Assembly: GCA_026770705.1 (NCBI GenBank)
Contig: JANJGN010000007.1
Span: forward strand, 97,030,001 to 97,094,000
DNA length: 64,000 nt
Direction: 5' to 3'
DNA from: Isurus oxyrinchus
Taxonomy: Eukaryota
Below are positions 37,711-50,700 of the stretch, piece after piece. The notes beneath the pieces were generated by a model, which was not told the DNA's origin, did not search any database, and was given only the letters and a program-made list of their open reading frames with translations. Position numbers and translations under genes: made by a program. Position 1 is the stretch's first letter. Each line of letters opens with the position of its first letter.

Positions 37711-40700
37711 ATTGTCCATCAAAGCAGCATCCCATTCCTTGCGAATAATGCAGGCTTTGTAAAATAAATTGATACTCACATAAACAAATTGTGCAATGTT
37801 CTATGACATATTTGATTGTGTCTTTCAGCAGAAGATGTCCCAAAATCAAATATAGCACGAACTAACCACGGCAGAATTGATAGCCATTATGGTTTAAACC
37901 CGCTAGCAGTCATTGTGCTAGCCGATGTTGCTCAGCACTTACGGAGTTCAAGGATGGCAGTGAGGCTCAAGCCTTTGAATTTGATGGTTTCACTTAAGTA
38001 AAGCTCCTTCTCACATCCCTTGTCGTACCCAAAATAGAAAACCTTCCAAATACCTGCAGATGCAGCATTAATGAATCTCTATTTTTCCCCTTCTCCCAAC
38101 CATTTGATTTTGTACTCCATCTCTCAGACATTTCAAATAAGCAAAATCTGTGAAGAAGAAGCGGAGAAGCACCAATAAGAAATTGATCATGGAGATCAGA
38201 CACAAGCATTTAATTTCACTCGGAACCACCAGCGTTGATATTAACACTGTACATATATTAACGGTTAGTGTAGAAGCCTGGTGTTCACTTGTTGAACTGG
38301 GTCCAGGGCAAGGGGAAATAATAACGAACGCATCAGCTTGACAGTCGGCAACTAAATCTAATATGTAGGTCAGACTACAAGAATAGACTTGTGGTTATGC
38401 GCAAAAAAATGCTCGGTGCATTTGGCAGTCTGAAAGACAGCATGTGTCAATGTTCAGAAGCATGGGAGGCCCGAGCAACAGCTTTAAACATTACTTTACC
38501 CAGAGCTTGGAACATATACTTTCCAGAATAATAGTGCAGCCCAAATGAATTGGTATTCTAGTGCACCCCTATGATGGGGTGTGTCATGGCCCATGTCTCA
38601 GCTGGCATTGCCAAAGGAGCAGCTTTCATCAAAGCTTTGATTGATTCAGTTACAAATCAGATTGCCCTCGTTCACCCTGGGTTTAAGAAGGCTATGATTG
38701 TGGCAACGAATACCAGTGCTCAAAGAAGCGTTCAGCGTCCATTTTCAGCCCATCAAACCCCGTGGCTTTGGCAATTCCCCTTTTTTTTGCTAGCCAGGAA
38801 TACATGACTACTGACGCACATGTTTGGCCATTGCAGTCTGAGGGAGCACTTTCATGCTCAACACTATCCAAATCTGACCTCACTGGTTTTTTTGCAGGAT
38901 TCTTCAAATAATATCAGCAACCTCCTGCTGATATTCCTTTATTCTGTAGGGTAACACTGCGTCGGAGAAATTATATTCTTATGAAAAGTTACACGAAGAA
39001 ACTGTACACAAGTTACTATTGAAAGTTCTCTAACGTGACTTCTCAATATGATGTGGAATATTTGTTTTGTGGTGGCAGAAATTTCTGGTTTGTGGCTCTG
39101 AGTATTATGTCTGTGTCAATGATAGCAGAAATGAAAAATGTAAGGCACCATTCGTGAAATTGAAGTTGTGTCACAATTCCTGCTATCCCATTGGAATGTG
39201 CTTACCTTCTTATGCCCAGAAGAAAGTGGACGCCCAGTTTGTACCTGCCTAAGTTCAGCGTCCAACACGACTCCACAGATTATTCTACTAAATCCTCTTC
39301 TGGCTTCTCCTCCTCGCATGAGGCTGATATCGAGATTTGTGCCTTCATGGTCATAACTTTTCATAGCTTACCAGCATGAATGTCGAGCCCGCCTCACCGA
39401 ATACTAGGCAGCGAAATTGTTCCAGCAAGCTGTTGGCCGCGTATATTACATGTGCTTTCATTGTGGATATTATGCCTATGTAGCAAAAATAGGCATGAAT
39501 AATGTGGTTATTGCTTAGTCTTGTCAACCAATGGTCACACCGAGTATTTATGTGGTGATTAAAATATCTCTTGGACATTAGGCTGGCGGGTAATGCAACC
39601 CTCGTGATTTATGATGGGATACCACGTACCTACCTGCTGGTACAATCCTTATCATCACAGGCCAGTTGGGCGTAGAGTTCCGCTATCCTTTCTTGTTTGA
39701 GTTAAGTAAGAGTTGACAAACGGTATCAGGAATCACTTCCTGTATTACATGGTGCAATGTTACATGACGAAAGCAGTAATCAAGCAATATCACATTCAAA
39801 CTCTCGCTGCCTTTCTATGCCAAGATGCAATTCATTGCAACGTAGTTGTTTTGAAACCGAACCTGAATTACGTTCCTTATACAGGGCGCTGTGTAAATGA
39901 TGAGAAGTTAGTACGATGTCTGGCTCAAGCCTAGAAGAACCTAAGTGCGAATAAGATCAATATCCTGGCTCCGAGACTGCTGTGGTTGAAGCAGTTTGCG
40001 GATTCCAATGATGGGGTTTTTTATTGAAGCGTAGGCACCTCATGGGCATTCCGTTGAAGTTTCGGTAGGATCATTTATCGCTTGACACTATCTCCTGTGG
40101 AGACTCCTGATCCCACACCTCAAGCAACTTGCCATCGTTTATGTTGCCTTTGACCATTCTGTCCTATTTCAGGCGGACGAGCTACACTTTCAACCGTCTG
40201 TGCGAAAATAATTGGAGCAGAAGCGCTGAAAATAACAATAAGGAAATCTTAGTCTCCCTGCGGAATTTTCAACATGTGAAGCATAGAAAAATGTAAAGTT
40301 GTAACAACAAGGAGAAAAATGTCAAGCACCAAACAATCTGTGAATAGTTGAAACACCTTTCAAATGGAGCTCTGGAGGGATCACAAGTGTGCTCTTTTTC
40401 AATAATCATTTTACGGCTCCCGGCCCCTTATACACCCTTAAATCGTGAGCCGAATGGCCGAATTTTTGACACATCATTCGCTGAAGACGCTGATGTTGTG
40501 CTGTTCACCAAGGTCGCACATTGTGTTTAGTTAGCAGAAACTTCGAAAAGATGTCTCGCAACCGTAAGGCCAAGCTCAAGAGCTGAAGAAAAGCCAGTTG
40601 ATAGCGGTAATCATAGTAAACAGGCAGAGCCGTTCTTCCGACACCTCTCTCTGAGCCATTGTCTTTATATAATTCATCGTTGGACATTAATTGTTTTGAA

Positions 40701-41719
40701 ATGTAACGGCTGCTCACGTGAACGTCTTGCATTGGCCTTGTTTCTGGTTATCTTGCTCCCTTCGCTATTCTGTGTAAAACGCGTCATTCTCATTGTCTTA
40801 TTGAATTGACTATTCTATGATGAAATGATTTCCAGTCTCCTTGACCTCCTTCCAAACGTATCATGAATTACTTACTTGAAACCATTATTGTGCACGTAAA
40901 CCGCGATTTAATGTGTGTGCCCCTGCCGCTTGAATCATCTCGAAGGCAGCAACTTGTGCATGAAGCTAAAATTGCCCCTCACTCTAAACGTTATCGTTAG
41001 TTAAAAATAAGTACAAATCCCATTAGCGATAAAATATGGGAAAGTTCGGTTTTGCTGCTATTATTTTGGAAGCAGAATCAAAAACTCTCGCCCAAACCAG
41101 ACCTTTCTATTTTACCACTCATAAAATAATTAAAACAAATTTACAACCTTGTACTCTGCATGCGGTTTGTATTGGGTTTGCAGCAGTCTCTGATGTTGCC
41201 ACTGGAGACCTGGGGCATCGCATTCAACTTATGGGTCGTCGTTTATTTTTAATATTTCACGTTTTCCTGCATTACAACATGAAATGCTCTTTCTGCCTCG
41301 CCTTATGTGAGATACAGGATTTACGGATTTTTATATTCTTCCCTCACATCTCACAATTTCAAAATAGTGTTTGAAAGGAAACGGTGCAAGACACAAACAG
41401 TGCAACCATCAGATGAATTCAGAGAAATTATGTGCGCGAAACATTGAAATCTCGAATCCCATAATACTGCCGAAACTTCTCGTTACAGCTTTCCTGAGGA
41501 AAGGAGGTCCCCAACCAGTTCGCTCGACCTGTTGTGTGCAAAAAATTTAAATTGTAGCTTCATATGCGAATTCCTCTTTTAGCAGATTACACCAATGAAA
41601 AAAAAGCATGTTATTAACTCATCGACCGGATGTTATACTTTACCGTGACGTATTCTAAATGCCGGACAATTTCGCGTTCTTGTAAATCAACCGCCAGTCC
41701 AGCCTTGTCTCTCCGGCTA

Positions 41720-41789
41720 ATGGATTGGTTCAGAATGCCATCGGGTGTTGGACTTCAGTACATTTCTGTTCTGGCGCTCATTTGTACTG
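41720..41789 (+). CDS. Exon 1, signal peptide (MDWFRMPSGVGLQYISVLALICT/G); alternative ATG at 41735
   Basis: Hydrophobic stretch YISVLALICT ends in a phase-1 donor G|gtacct, 166 nt before the V exon acceptor. Confidence 0.75.
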
Positions 41790-44700
41790 GTACCTGTTCC
41801 GTTTTTCGGTTAATTTCTCATAAAATCGCGTAATTTCACAATTTTCAGTAAATGCACCATGTGTGGTTGTCCTTAGGACGGCTTTAGTGCCTGAATGAAC
41901 CCGGCGTTTTTCTTTTCTAATTACATCTCACTAATCCCGTTTTCATTCCCTGCAGGCTCCGGTGAAACTTCGGAGAAGGTCATTCAGCTGCCTCGGAACG
42001 TGACTAAAAACACTGGTGCAAACGTTTCCTTTCATTGCTCGCTTCCTTTATTTCAAGGCGACTCAGCTGTGAGTTTACTCTGGTGGAAAGAGGGTGATGT
42101 CCAATATCACTCCACGGAACAAGATGACAGAAAAGTTAGTGGCTCCAAGAATAAAATCAGCGGCTTCCTTCAGATACTCAATGTGACTGCGCAGGACGCA
42201 GGAGTATATTATTGCACTGTCACGCATCGAGGTAAATTCGTTGGAAACGGAACGGGGTCCAAGTTATTAGTATGGGGTAGGTATGAAGAAAAAGGAACAT
42301 TAAATACCTGTAACTATTAATTGGCACTTGGTAGACTGTTCCGGTTGTCCTTTGAAAAGTTCACATTGCGGAAACTAACATAGGATCGGTTTTTTTATTC
42401 TTTCATCTGGTGTGGAGGGTCACTGGCAAGGATGCTGCCCATCCTTAAATGCCCTTGAACTGAACAGCTTCCTCGGCCATTTCCGAGGGAATTTAGGAGC
42501 CACACCACATTGCAGCAGACATGGCGTAATATATAGGCCAGACCAGGAAAGAAAGGTACGAGAAAACCACATTGCCCATAAAGGCAAATACGCAGTTTCC
42601 AATTGTTGTATATGTACAAGTCAAAATTGCACCGTTGGCCGCTATAATTCATGTTATTTCATGTATTAAGATATTTCAACAATGTTAATCACATTGAGCA
42701 TTACCTAATAGCCATACTTTGAAAATTTGTTATTATCGTGTATTGTTTCAAAATCTGTAAAGGATGAGTGTATCTTTAAAAAAAAGTTGCTGCTAAGATT
42801 TCGACCCAGTGCACAGTGATTAAATAATTTTCAATGGTTTGTTTTATTTAAGTTGATTAGCGGAGGATGACCTGTCCTACCAGGATTATCTTTTGCACAC
42901 CTGTTCTTTATTAAGGTATATGCTAAAACTTTGAAAGCCTGTACTACTAATAAACAAAATCTGCTTAAGACCCCGCCCTATATATTCAAAATTCTATTGA
43001 TCGCCAATAAATAAGGCATCGCCTTGAAACCTATCAATCCTGGGTAAATTTTAATATTCATCAGTTGCTATATTTAACAAAATGATCGTTTCTCGTGATG
43101 CTGTTAGAGCTGCTGAGGTTCTCCAGCGTTTTCTGTTTTTGCTTCAGTTTTCCAGGATCCGCGGTATTTTGCACATATGATATTTTCCCTCAGCCTTTGG
43201 GCAAAACAGATGATATGCAATCAGAGGTTAATTTAGAATCCCTCGTTATTATTTTCCAGCAGACAGTAAAACGTAAAACAGAAGGTCCGTTTGCTATCAC
43301 TTGCCATTCGTCCGCTCATAATTTAAATTTAGCGAGGATATTACTTTGAAGTTTCTGAAGGCATTCCTTAGGTTGTGGATACCTCTAGCGCAGAGTAGGG
43401 AACCATGCTAAACGCCGCCAAAGCCTTTTGAGTTGGAAAGGGCTATAACAAATTAGGAGCTGCTAACATATTGTCATCTCCAAGTAACGATTTTCCTTTT
43501 CCGTTTGTTTTCCTAGTTCCACCTACTCCACTGAAAATTACTTCTGAGGAACCTGGGAGGTATTCATCTGCGTCCGTTGCTGTTCGTTGCTCGACATCTC
43601 CCTTTTTCCCGGCGAATATCAGCTTTATTTGGTACAGGGATGGCAGCGAAATTACAACAGGAATAAATGCCGCCATTGAATCCACGGCCTATGGACTATA
43701 TCAGGCTTCTAGTTGGTTGCAAGGGACGCAGGCTATCCGGTCGGGAGCTGTATATACATGCCTGGTAAAGCACAGTGCACTCCAAGTTTCTGCCTCGGTT
43801 AGTCACATTGCCAGCTCTCTCAGCACAGGTAAGGATTCTGACAGAGGATGAAAATTTTGAAACATTTACGATCTGGCATTCCAGTGCGGGTTCCTTGGAA
43901 GAGTTGCCCAATTTATCCCCACGCTGCAAATTTATTTTATTATATATATATTTTCTCATTTCCCACTGCCTTTGTTGATATATTCTACGAAAACAACTCC
44001 AACAAACTTTAGATTGTATCTTCCTGCCCCTCCATGAAAATTTCTGTCCAATACTTTTAACCATGTTAATGCCGATTATGTATTCATTCTGATGTTGAAA
44101 TAGTTCCAATTTATACTCACGCAGTCAAAAGCCATCATAATTCTGCGTGTTTCTTTTAGGCAGTCTTTAATCTTTTCTGTTCTGATAAGGAAGCCCCGGC
44201 TTCCCAATCTCTCCAAATAACAGAAGACGTTCATCCCTGCAAACGTCCTCTGTATCTTGCCAATGTCCTAACATCTATGAACACTGCCTCCCAGAATTGT
44301 GGACAATAGTGTAACTGAAGACTAACCAGTAATTTGAAAATGTTTAACATCCTTTCCGCATTTAATGATTTAATGTTTCTATCTACAAAGTCAATGAATT
44401 CCAAGAGGATAATTAAGGACCTTATAACCTTGCGCTGTCACGTTCAAAGGCCACTGAATGTGCACCCTGATCTTGTATTGTTTTTCTCTTAAAATAATTT
44501 CAATTACATTATGCTACCCCTCCACATTTTATTCACCCAAAGTCCACACTTCTTAGTTATTCGCAATACTTAGCACTTATATTGGGTCTGACAATTTCGG
44601 GGTCGTGATAGTCGCTAGTGTCTTCCACAGTGCAGAGTGCGTTCCCGGCATTTTTTTCTGTCATTCGCAAACTGCTAAACTGTACTCTCTTTGTCCCAGT

Positions 44701-47700
44701 TCAATTGCTTCACATGTATCATGTAAAACATGATTCATTATTAAGCCTTGGGGACCAACACTTATGAAAATGTCGCCCAGTTTGCAGCGACCAAGAGCCT
44801 AGGTGAAAACTCCTGCCCGGGAAAAAAACACTCCTCCCTCCTTCACAGTACTTTCAAACCAGGAATGTGCTGAATCATCAAGAACAAGTAGCTAAACCTA
44901 TCCCTTCTCCATGCAACATTCTTTGACTCTATGCACTGGAAATAAACTGTCAGTCATCTGAAAATGATTCATCTGCGTTTTTCGTTTTTTTTTTCTGTTG
45001 ATTCGTGGCATCTCCACTTTTCTGAAGGATATCAGATTGACTCCTAAGGATGCATTCATAACAAAAACAGTGGTAAATAACATTGTTGTCCGGTTACCGA
45101 TGGACAACACGCAATTTCCATTCGATTGCAAACAACCCAGGCTATCAAGACCTAACTCTTTTGCATGCCTGATAACTCACACTACCACCCAAAATTCAGC
45201 TATGGCAACTCACATTGCCACCGCTCCCAACACGTGTAAGGCTTTAATAGTATCGTAGATTTATAAATCTCATTCAATCAGGCATTCCAATGCCTTCCTT
45301 TGTATGACGTATCCAATTCAATCCCTCACGGCAGATGTTTTTTTGGAAATTCTGTGCAGTCCTCTTAAAACACATAATCAACTGTCTCTACTGAATGTTC
45401 TTACGTAAAATGCTCCAACAAAGCTTTCAGGAGGAACCTTTCTCCATCTTGCCAATCCTGCTCGAGAGCATTCTTCTCCTCTTTTATCTTCCAGTTATTT
45501 AACAGTATTTATTTTTGTTGCATGACTGCGGGTTTCGTTTCAATTAGCCTTTGGAAATTATTCCACCTTATTCAGTATTAAACGTCTTCAAATTCTGAGC
45601 CGTTCTATTAGAGAGTCTCTTTAACTTTTCTGCTCCAACAAGAAGGTTTTAACTTCTCCAATCTCTCCAAGCCACTGGAGTTACAGGTTCTCTAAACCAC
45701 CTCCGCATCACTCCATGTCTCCTCACCCTTGCTAAAATGTGTTGCCCACAATTATGCATGGCGGTGCAGTTGACGACGAGCCCGTGATTTGTACATCTTT
45801 GTCATATCTTAATTGATTTTTTAATGCCACTATCTACTAAGTGAATTAACATCATGAACAACCTTCAGCTTCTTATGGCCTTGCCCTGAAATCTTCAATT
45901 GCTGGCGAAAATGCACCTTCAGTTGCTATTGCATGTGCTTGTCCCTCAGAAAAAAACATTGATGACATTATATGGTCTCTCTATCATTTATCTCAAAGTG
46001 CACTCCTCTTATATATTAGTATGAATTGCATGTTTGCTTGTGAGCATTCCGTTAGTCTATCTATGTCATCCTGAAGTCCGCTTTTGTCTCACACATTGTA
46101 TACTAAGCCAGAATCACCTATCTATCTACCATCAACGCAATTCGAAATTGGCCACGCGATGTTCCAACCCAGTTATTTTTCGAATAACAAATAGCGCATT
46201 AATACTGATTCCTGGGGATCCCCTATGCATAACACTCTCCTGTGAGCGAACAAAATGACATCTGTCAACTGTCCCTTAGCTAGTTATCTGAAGGAAGAAC
46301 CTTCTTTGTCAGCCTTCCATCTTGTGACAAGACCGCTAGCGCTTTGCTCGTTAGCTCTGAGCAAAACATCGTCGGTTGTGCTCAGGGGCTCCACTGCTTT
46401 GGAAGCTTCTGCTGCATCTCCTGCAGATAAAGCCAGTGAGCTGACAGGGTACAGCATTCATGCATTATGTTCATTTTTTTCTTTGTTGTTGCTGTTCATT
46501 CAAACAGATATGTTTTGTCATATAAGCATATTAAGGGTAATTTTAGTGAAATGCCTTCAAAAAGATCTTCATATGGTCTTCGCCCAATCTCCCTGTTATT
46601 GATCAAATTGATCAATCAGCTTAATCAAGCGCAATTTCCATTTAACATTCCTTGCTGGACGTCCCTTATAAATCGAGCGAGTAAACGTCTACGAGGGGGA
46701 TTTTATTTTACATTGTCAAAGGTCACTAGTATTTTTCCCAGCACCGATATTAGTCCTACTGACCTGCAGTTTATGTGATTCTATTATCACGCAAGAAAAC
46801 TGATGCTCTGATCCCTCCAACCATCATTGTTTAACTGCTACTTATTCTGCCAGCAATTTTGTTCCAACGCCTCTGCAACTAATGCTTGGGACCGGCTATC
46901 CCAATCGGAAGACGATTGTGAGACGGAGCAGGCGTTTGGGAGTGCATTCTTCTGTATCTCAGATTTTTGGGTTCCAGTGCAAGCATCTCGCAGATGGACT
47001 GATGTGTTCTTTATTCCTTAACGTACGCTAGAATCTGCAACATGCTTTACATTTAGCAGCTGTTTTTAGCCCTTTGGAAAACAACAAAGCAAACAAGGTA
47101 ATAGAAGTATAAATGTAAATCAGTCCGTCAATTGGTTCTTTCCATTTTGTATTAACGCACAAAGTAAATATTACCGATTCACTGCAGTCATGTTTCCACT
47201 GAAAACACGAATACAAACACAGTTGAAATTCAGTGCAAGATTGAAACTAAGTGATTTCAGACTTTGTAAGGCCGGAGGAGCAGTTATAATTCGATGTCGA
47301 GTTTAACAATCCATTTAGCGGAGTCAACTGAAATAGTATGCATGGTTGTGATGCCACCAGAAGTGGATCTCTCAGTGCAAAAGTTCCGTATCTGGACGAT
47401 GCTCTGACTTGGATGGCCACATTCACAATTTGAGCTGTCTCTCATGTTCCACTAATGCAGCACGTGGACATATCATCCCTGCTCAAGCTGTTAAGTGTTG
47501 TCCAGATTTTCCATGCAAGATTGAAACTTGGGACTTCACCACACGATCGGTGAATGGTTTTGGTTTGTGATGTCAACAGTCAGTCTGGAGGTGCGTAATC
47601 GAGAGTTGTGTCCATTATTACACTGTGGCGTATGGTGTTTGTCCCAAGCGGCGGTTACGGGATATCAGACGGGTGTCCTTATTTTTTAGGCCCTGTGTCA

Positions 47701-50700
47701 CTGGGAGAGCATTCTTAGCTGACAGCCGCTGCTGTTCTTTGAGGAGACACTTTCCCATGCAGCAAAGAGGAGGTCCAATGCATGTAAGCGCAGCTGTACA
47801 GTCAAGCTGTGATGGTCCAAATGTTCCATGAATAAACCTACTACAGAAGATATCTACTACATGTGGTAGCTCCTGAACCAGGTTGAGTATAAGTACTCTG
47901 CTACTGGGTTGAACAGGGCGAGTGAAGCTGTGTTAAGAGTGTTGTATCTTCCTTCCAATATGGCAGACGCCAGAATCCGTGCGAGATGCACTCTCGCTAT
48001 AACATCGCATTTGGTGTTCCAATGCTTTTGCCAGGATGCCACGGCGGAGATGAAGATATTTTTGCTGCCCCGGTGTATCTAACTGTGCAACGCACAAGCA
48101 TCAGTCCTGGCACTGGCTCTGCTCAGCATTTTTAACAGTGACTTCTTTCTCACAAAGTCGTGCTTTTGTGTTTACTGACGACTTGACTCTTACCTTCCCA
48201 CTTAATTTGCACCCGGGTTTCGAGAAAACACTCACCGAAGATTTATTCTCTCTGAAAATGAGTTATAGACCAGCGGGAGGCATTCCTAAGTGAGATTCTA
48301 TGGACAGTGTGTAGACATGTCCCCACAAAATAAAAGGGAGGCACTGCCAAATCTGGAGCCCCCTTGGTTAATGAGGAGCATACAAGGTCTGCTTTTAAAA
48401 CATATAAGCTGAAAAGGGAAAGATTTGACACTCACAAATAAACTTTATGCTGTGAAAGCCTAAATGAATATTGTAAATATAGGGTGAATTAACAAAAACA
48501 GAAGCTAATTAGGAAAGCAAAGAGAGGATATGAGAAAAGCCATGTACAATCAAAAAAAACCAAAAGATGTATTACCTCAATAATGTAGGACATTAAGAGC
48601 AGCAGAATAATTAAGCAAAGGAGAGGGCCTATCAGGGATGAGCATGGTAACTCTTGCTTCTGATGCTCAAGATATGGGCAGAGTTCTCAATGAGCACTTT
48701 CTCTGTCTATCCACTAAGGAGCAGGATGATGCAATTATTCCAGATAAGGACTAAGAGAGTGAAATACTAGATAGAATAACAATAGGGCAGGAAAGTGTAG
48801 TGAATGGGACAATATCCTTGAATGTGGATAAATCACCAGGGACAGATGGATTGTATCGGAGGCTACTAAATAAAGCAATGGAGGGGCAGATGCTCTGATG
48901 GTCATTTTCGAGTCCTCATTCGATAAAGGCGAGGTACCAGAGGACTTGAGCACTGCGAGCAATGTGTCATTATTTGAAAAAGCTGAAAAGTTTAGGGGAA
49001 ATGATTTTAGGACAGACCACCTCACTTCGGTGTTGGACAAATTATTAGAATGATTTCTAAGAAACAGGACAAATTGTCCCGTAGGAAAGATGGGAATGCT
49101 TAAGCATAGTTAGGTTGCTTTTGTTGGGGAAAATTCATATCTTTGTTAATTTAATCGATTTTTCGTTGAGCAAGTAACAAGGAGGATTAATGAAGGTAGT
49201 TCAGTGGATGTCGTCTACATAGATTTTAGAAAGGCATTTGCCAGGGTAACAGATGGCCTGAATAAAGGATCGGGTGGCGAGTTGGATCCAAAGTTTGCTC
49301 AGTGAAAGGAAACAAATGTTAAGGAATGTTTTTGCGAATGGAAAGTGGTTTCCAGTGGTGCTCAACGAGGCTCAGTGTTGTATATATTCATGATATGGAC
49401 TTAAATGTGCGTGACATCATTAGGAATTTTGCAGATGACACACACGATAGCTGTGCTGTTAATATTAAAAAGGCTAAACGTTGTCTATGAAATGATACCA
49501 ATTGTTTGGTTGAGTGGGCGTAAAAGTGGCAGGTTGAACTCAATCCAGACAAGTGTGAAGTGACATATTTGGAGAGGGGTAACAAAGGCTTGGAATACGC
49601 CACGCATGGGAGGATTTTGAGAGGGTTTGAAGAAGCGAGAGGCCTTTGAGTGCATGAGGACAGATCTCTGAAGTTGGCTTTCGTTTTTGGACAAACTTCA
49701 AATACAAAAGCAGGAAATCAATAGTGGAACTGTTTAAAACGTTGGCTGGCCAACAGCTGGAATTGTATGTACACTTCTGGTCAACTAATTACAGGACGGG
49801 CATAATTTGTCTGGAGAGAGTATTTCTGGAGAAGAAATTTAGAAGAATTTTGCTGGGGCTTGAAAATTGCACCTCTGAGGGAACATTCAGGTCACTGGTG
49901 TTGTTTATTTTTTTGGAACTTTGGAAGCTTAGGGCTCACCTGATCGAGGTGTAAGCATTAGTAGGACCAGGTATGCCCACGTTCCCCCAGTAGACAGGCG
50001 ACTTACCAGTGGGCACAAAATTAAGCTGTTGGTAAAACGATCAGAGGGACATGAAGAAGAACTTCTTCATCCAGAGTGTGGTGGGCATTTGGAATATGCT
50101 ACGTGGTTTGGTGGTGGGTGCAGAAACCATAAAATCATTTAGAGGGTATCGGGACATTTGCAAAAAATGCAGCAACCTACAAGGCTACGGACCACGTTCA
50201 GGATGGTGGGAGTAGTATGGGGAGCTATTTTATTTCATTCCAGGCTGCAGAGACACAATGGGCTGAATGACATCTTTCTGGGCCATAACGTTTCTATGAT
50301 TCTATGGGAAGCTTCTTCAGCAATTTGAGATTTCGACCAAAGGTTGCAAAAGTATCATTTCAGAGCACAACCTAAAAGCACAACTTCCAGGGAAGAACTC
50401 CATGTGCAGTTGACAGAGCACGAAGTGCCTAAAAATATATATAATGTTCCCTACCTTTTACAGCATTTTTTTTTATTGAATTGGACAGTGGGGGACGCCG
50501 GATTGATATATTTCATGTAAATCCTGCAGATGGTGCCATCACCCAATACTTACTGATTGCTACAGCTGCAGGGGGTGGCTTGGCATTATTGGTACTGGCT
50601 CTAATCATTATGAGGCGATGCATCTCAAAGCACAGGAAAGGTAAGAAATAATTTACTCCTTTTCCTTCCAAATACTTCTAAAACTAACGCACAAGAGCGT

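Larger units (their letters stand above)
35261..40253 (+). mobile_element. Decayed Harbinger/PIF-like DNA transposon (Myb/SANT-like ORF plus possible transposase remnant), interrupted by CR1 and Penelope insertions
   Basis: 35524-35765 encodes, across a frameshift, MAHFGSDYASISHDVA..LAEKVE and VCRKKFSYLTRVVK, resembling trihelix Myb proteins of Harbinger elements. Weak DDE-like remnants at 39300-39950. The boundaries and TIRs are uncertain. Confidence 0.4.

Noticed and set aside
42812-42850. CACAGTG heptamer downstream of the V exon as an RSS
   Set aside because: It lies over 500 nt into the intron, there is no nonamer at 12- or 23-nt spacing, and the J-like strand is already in the V exon.
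50530-50640. Activating (SIRP-beta or NKp30-type) receptor call
   Set aside because: Neither TM segment contains a charged Lys/Arg within the membrane span.
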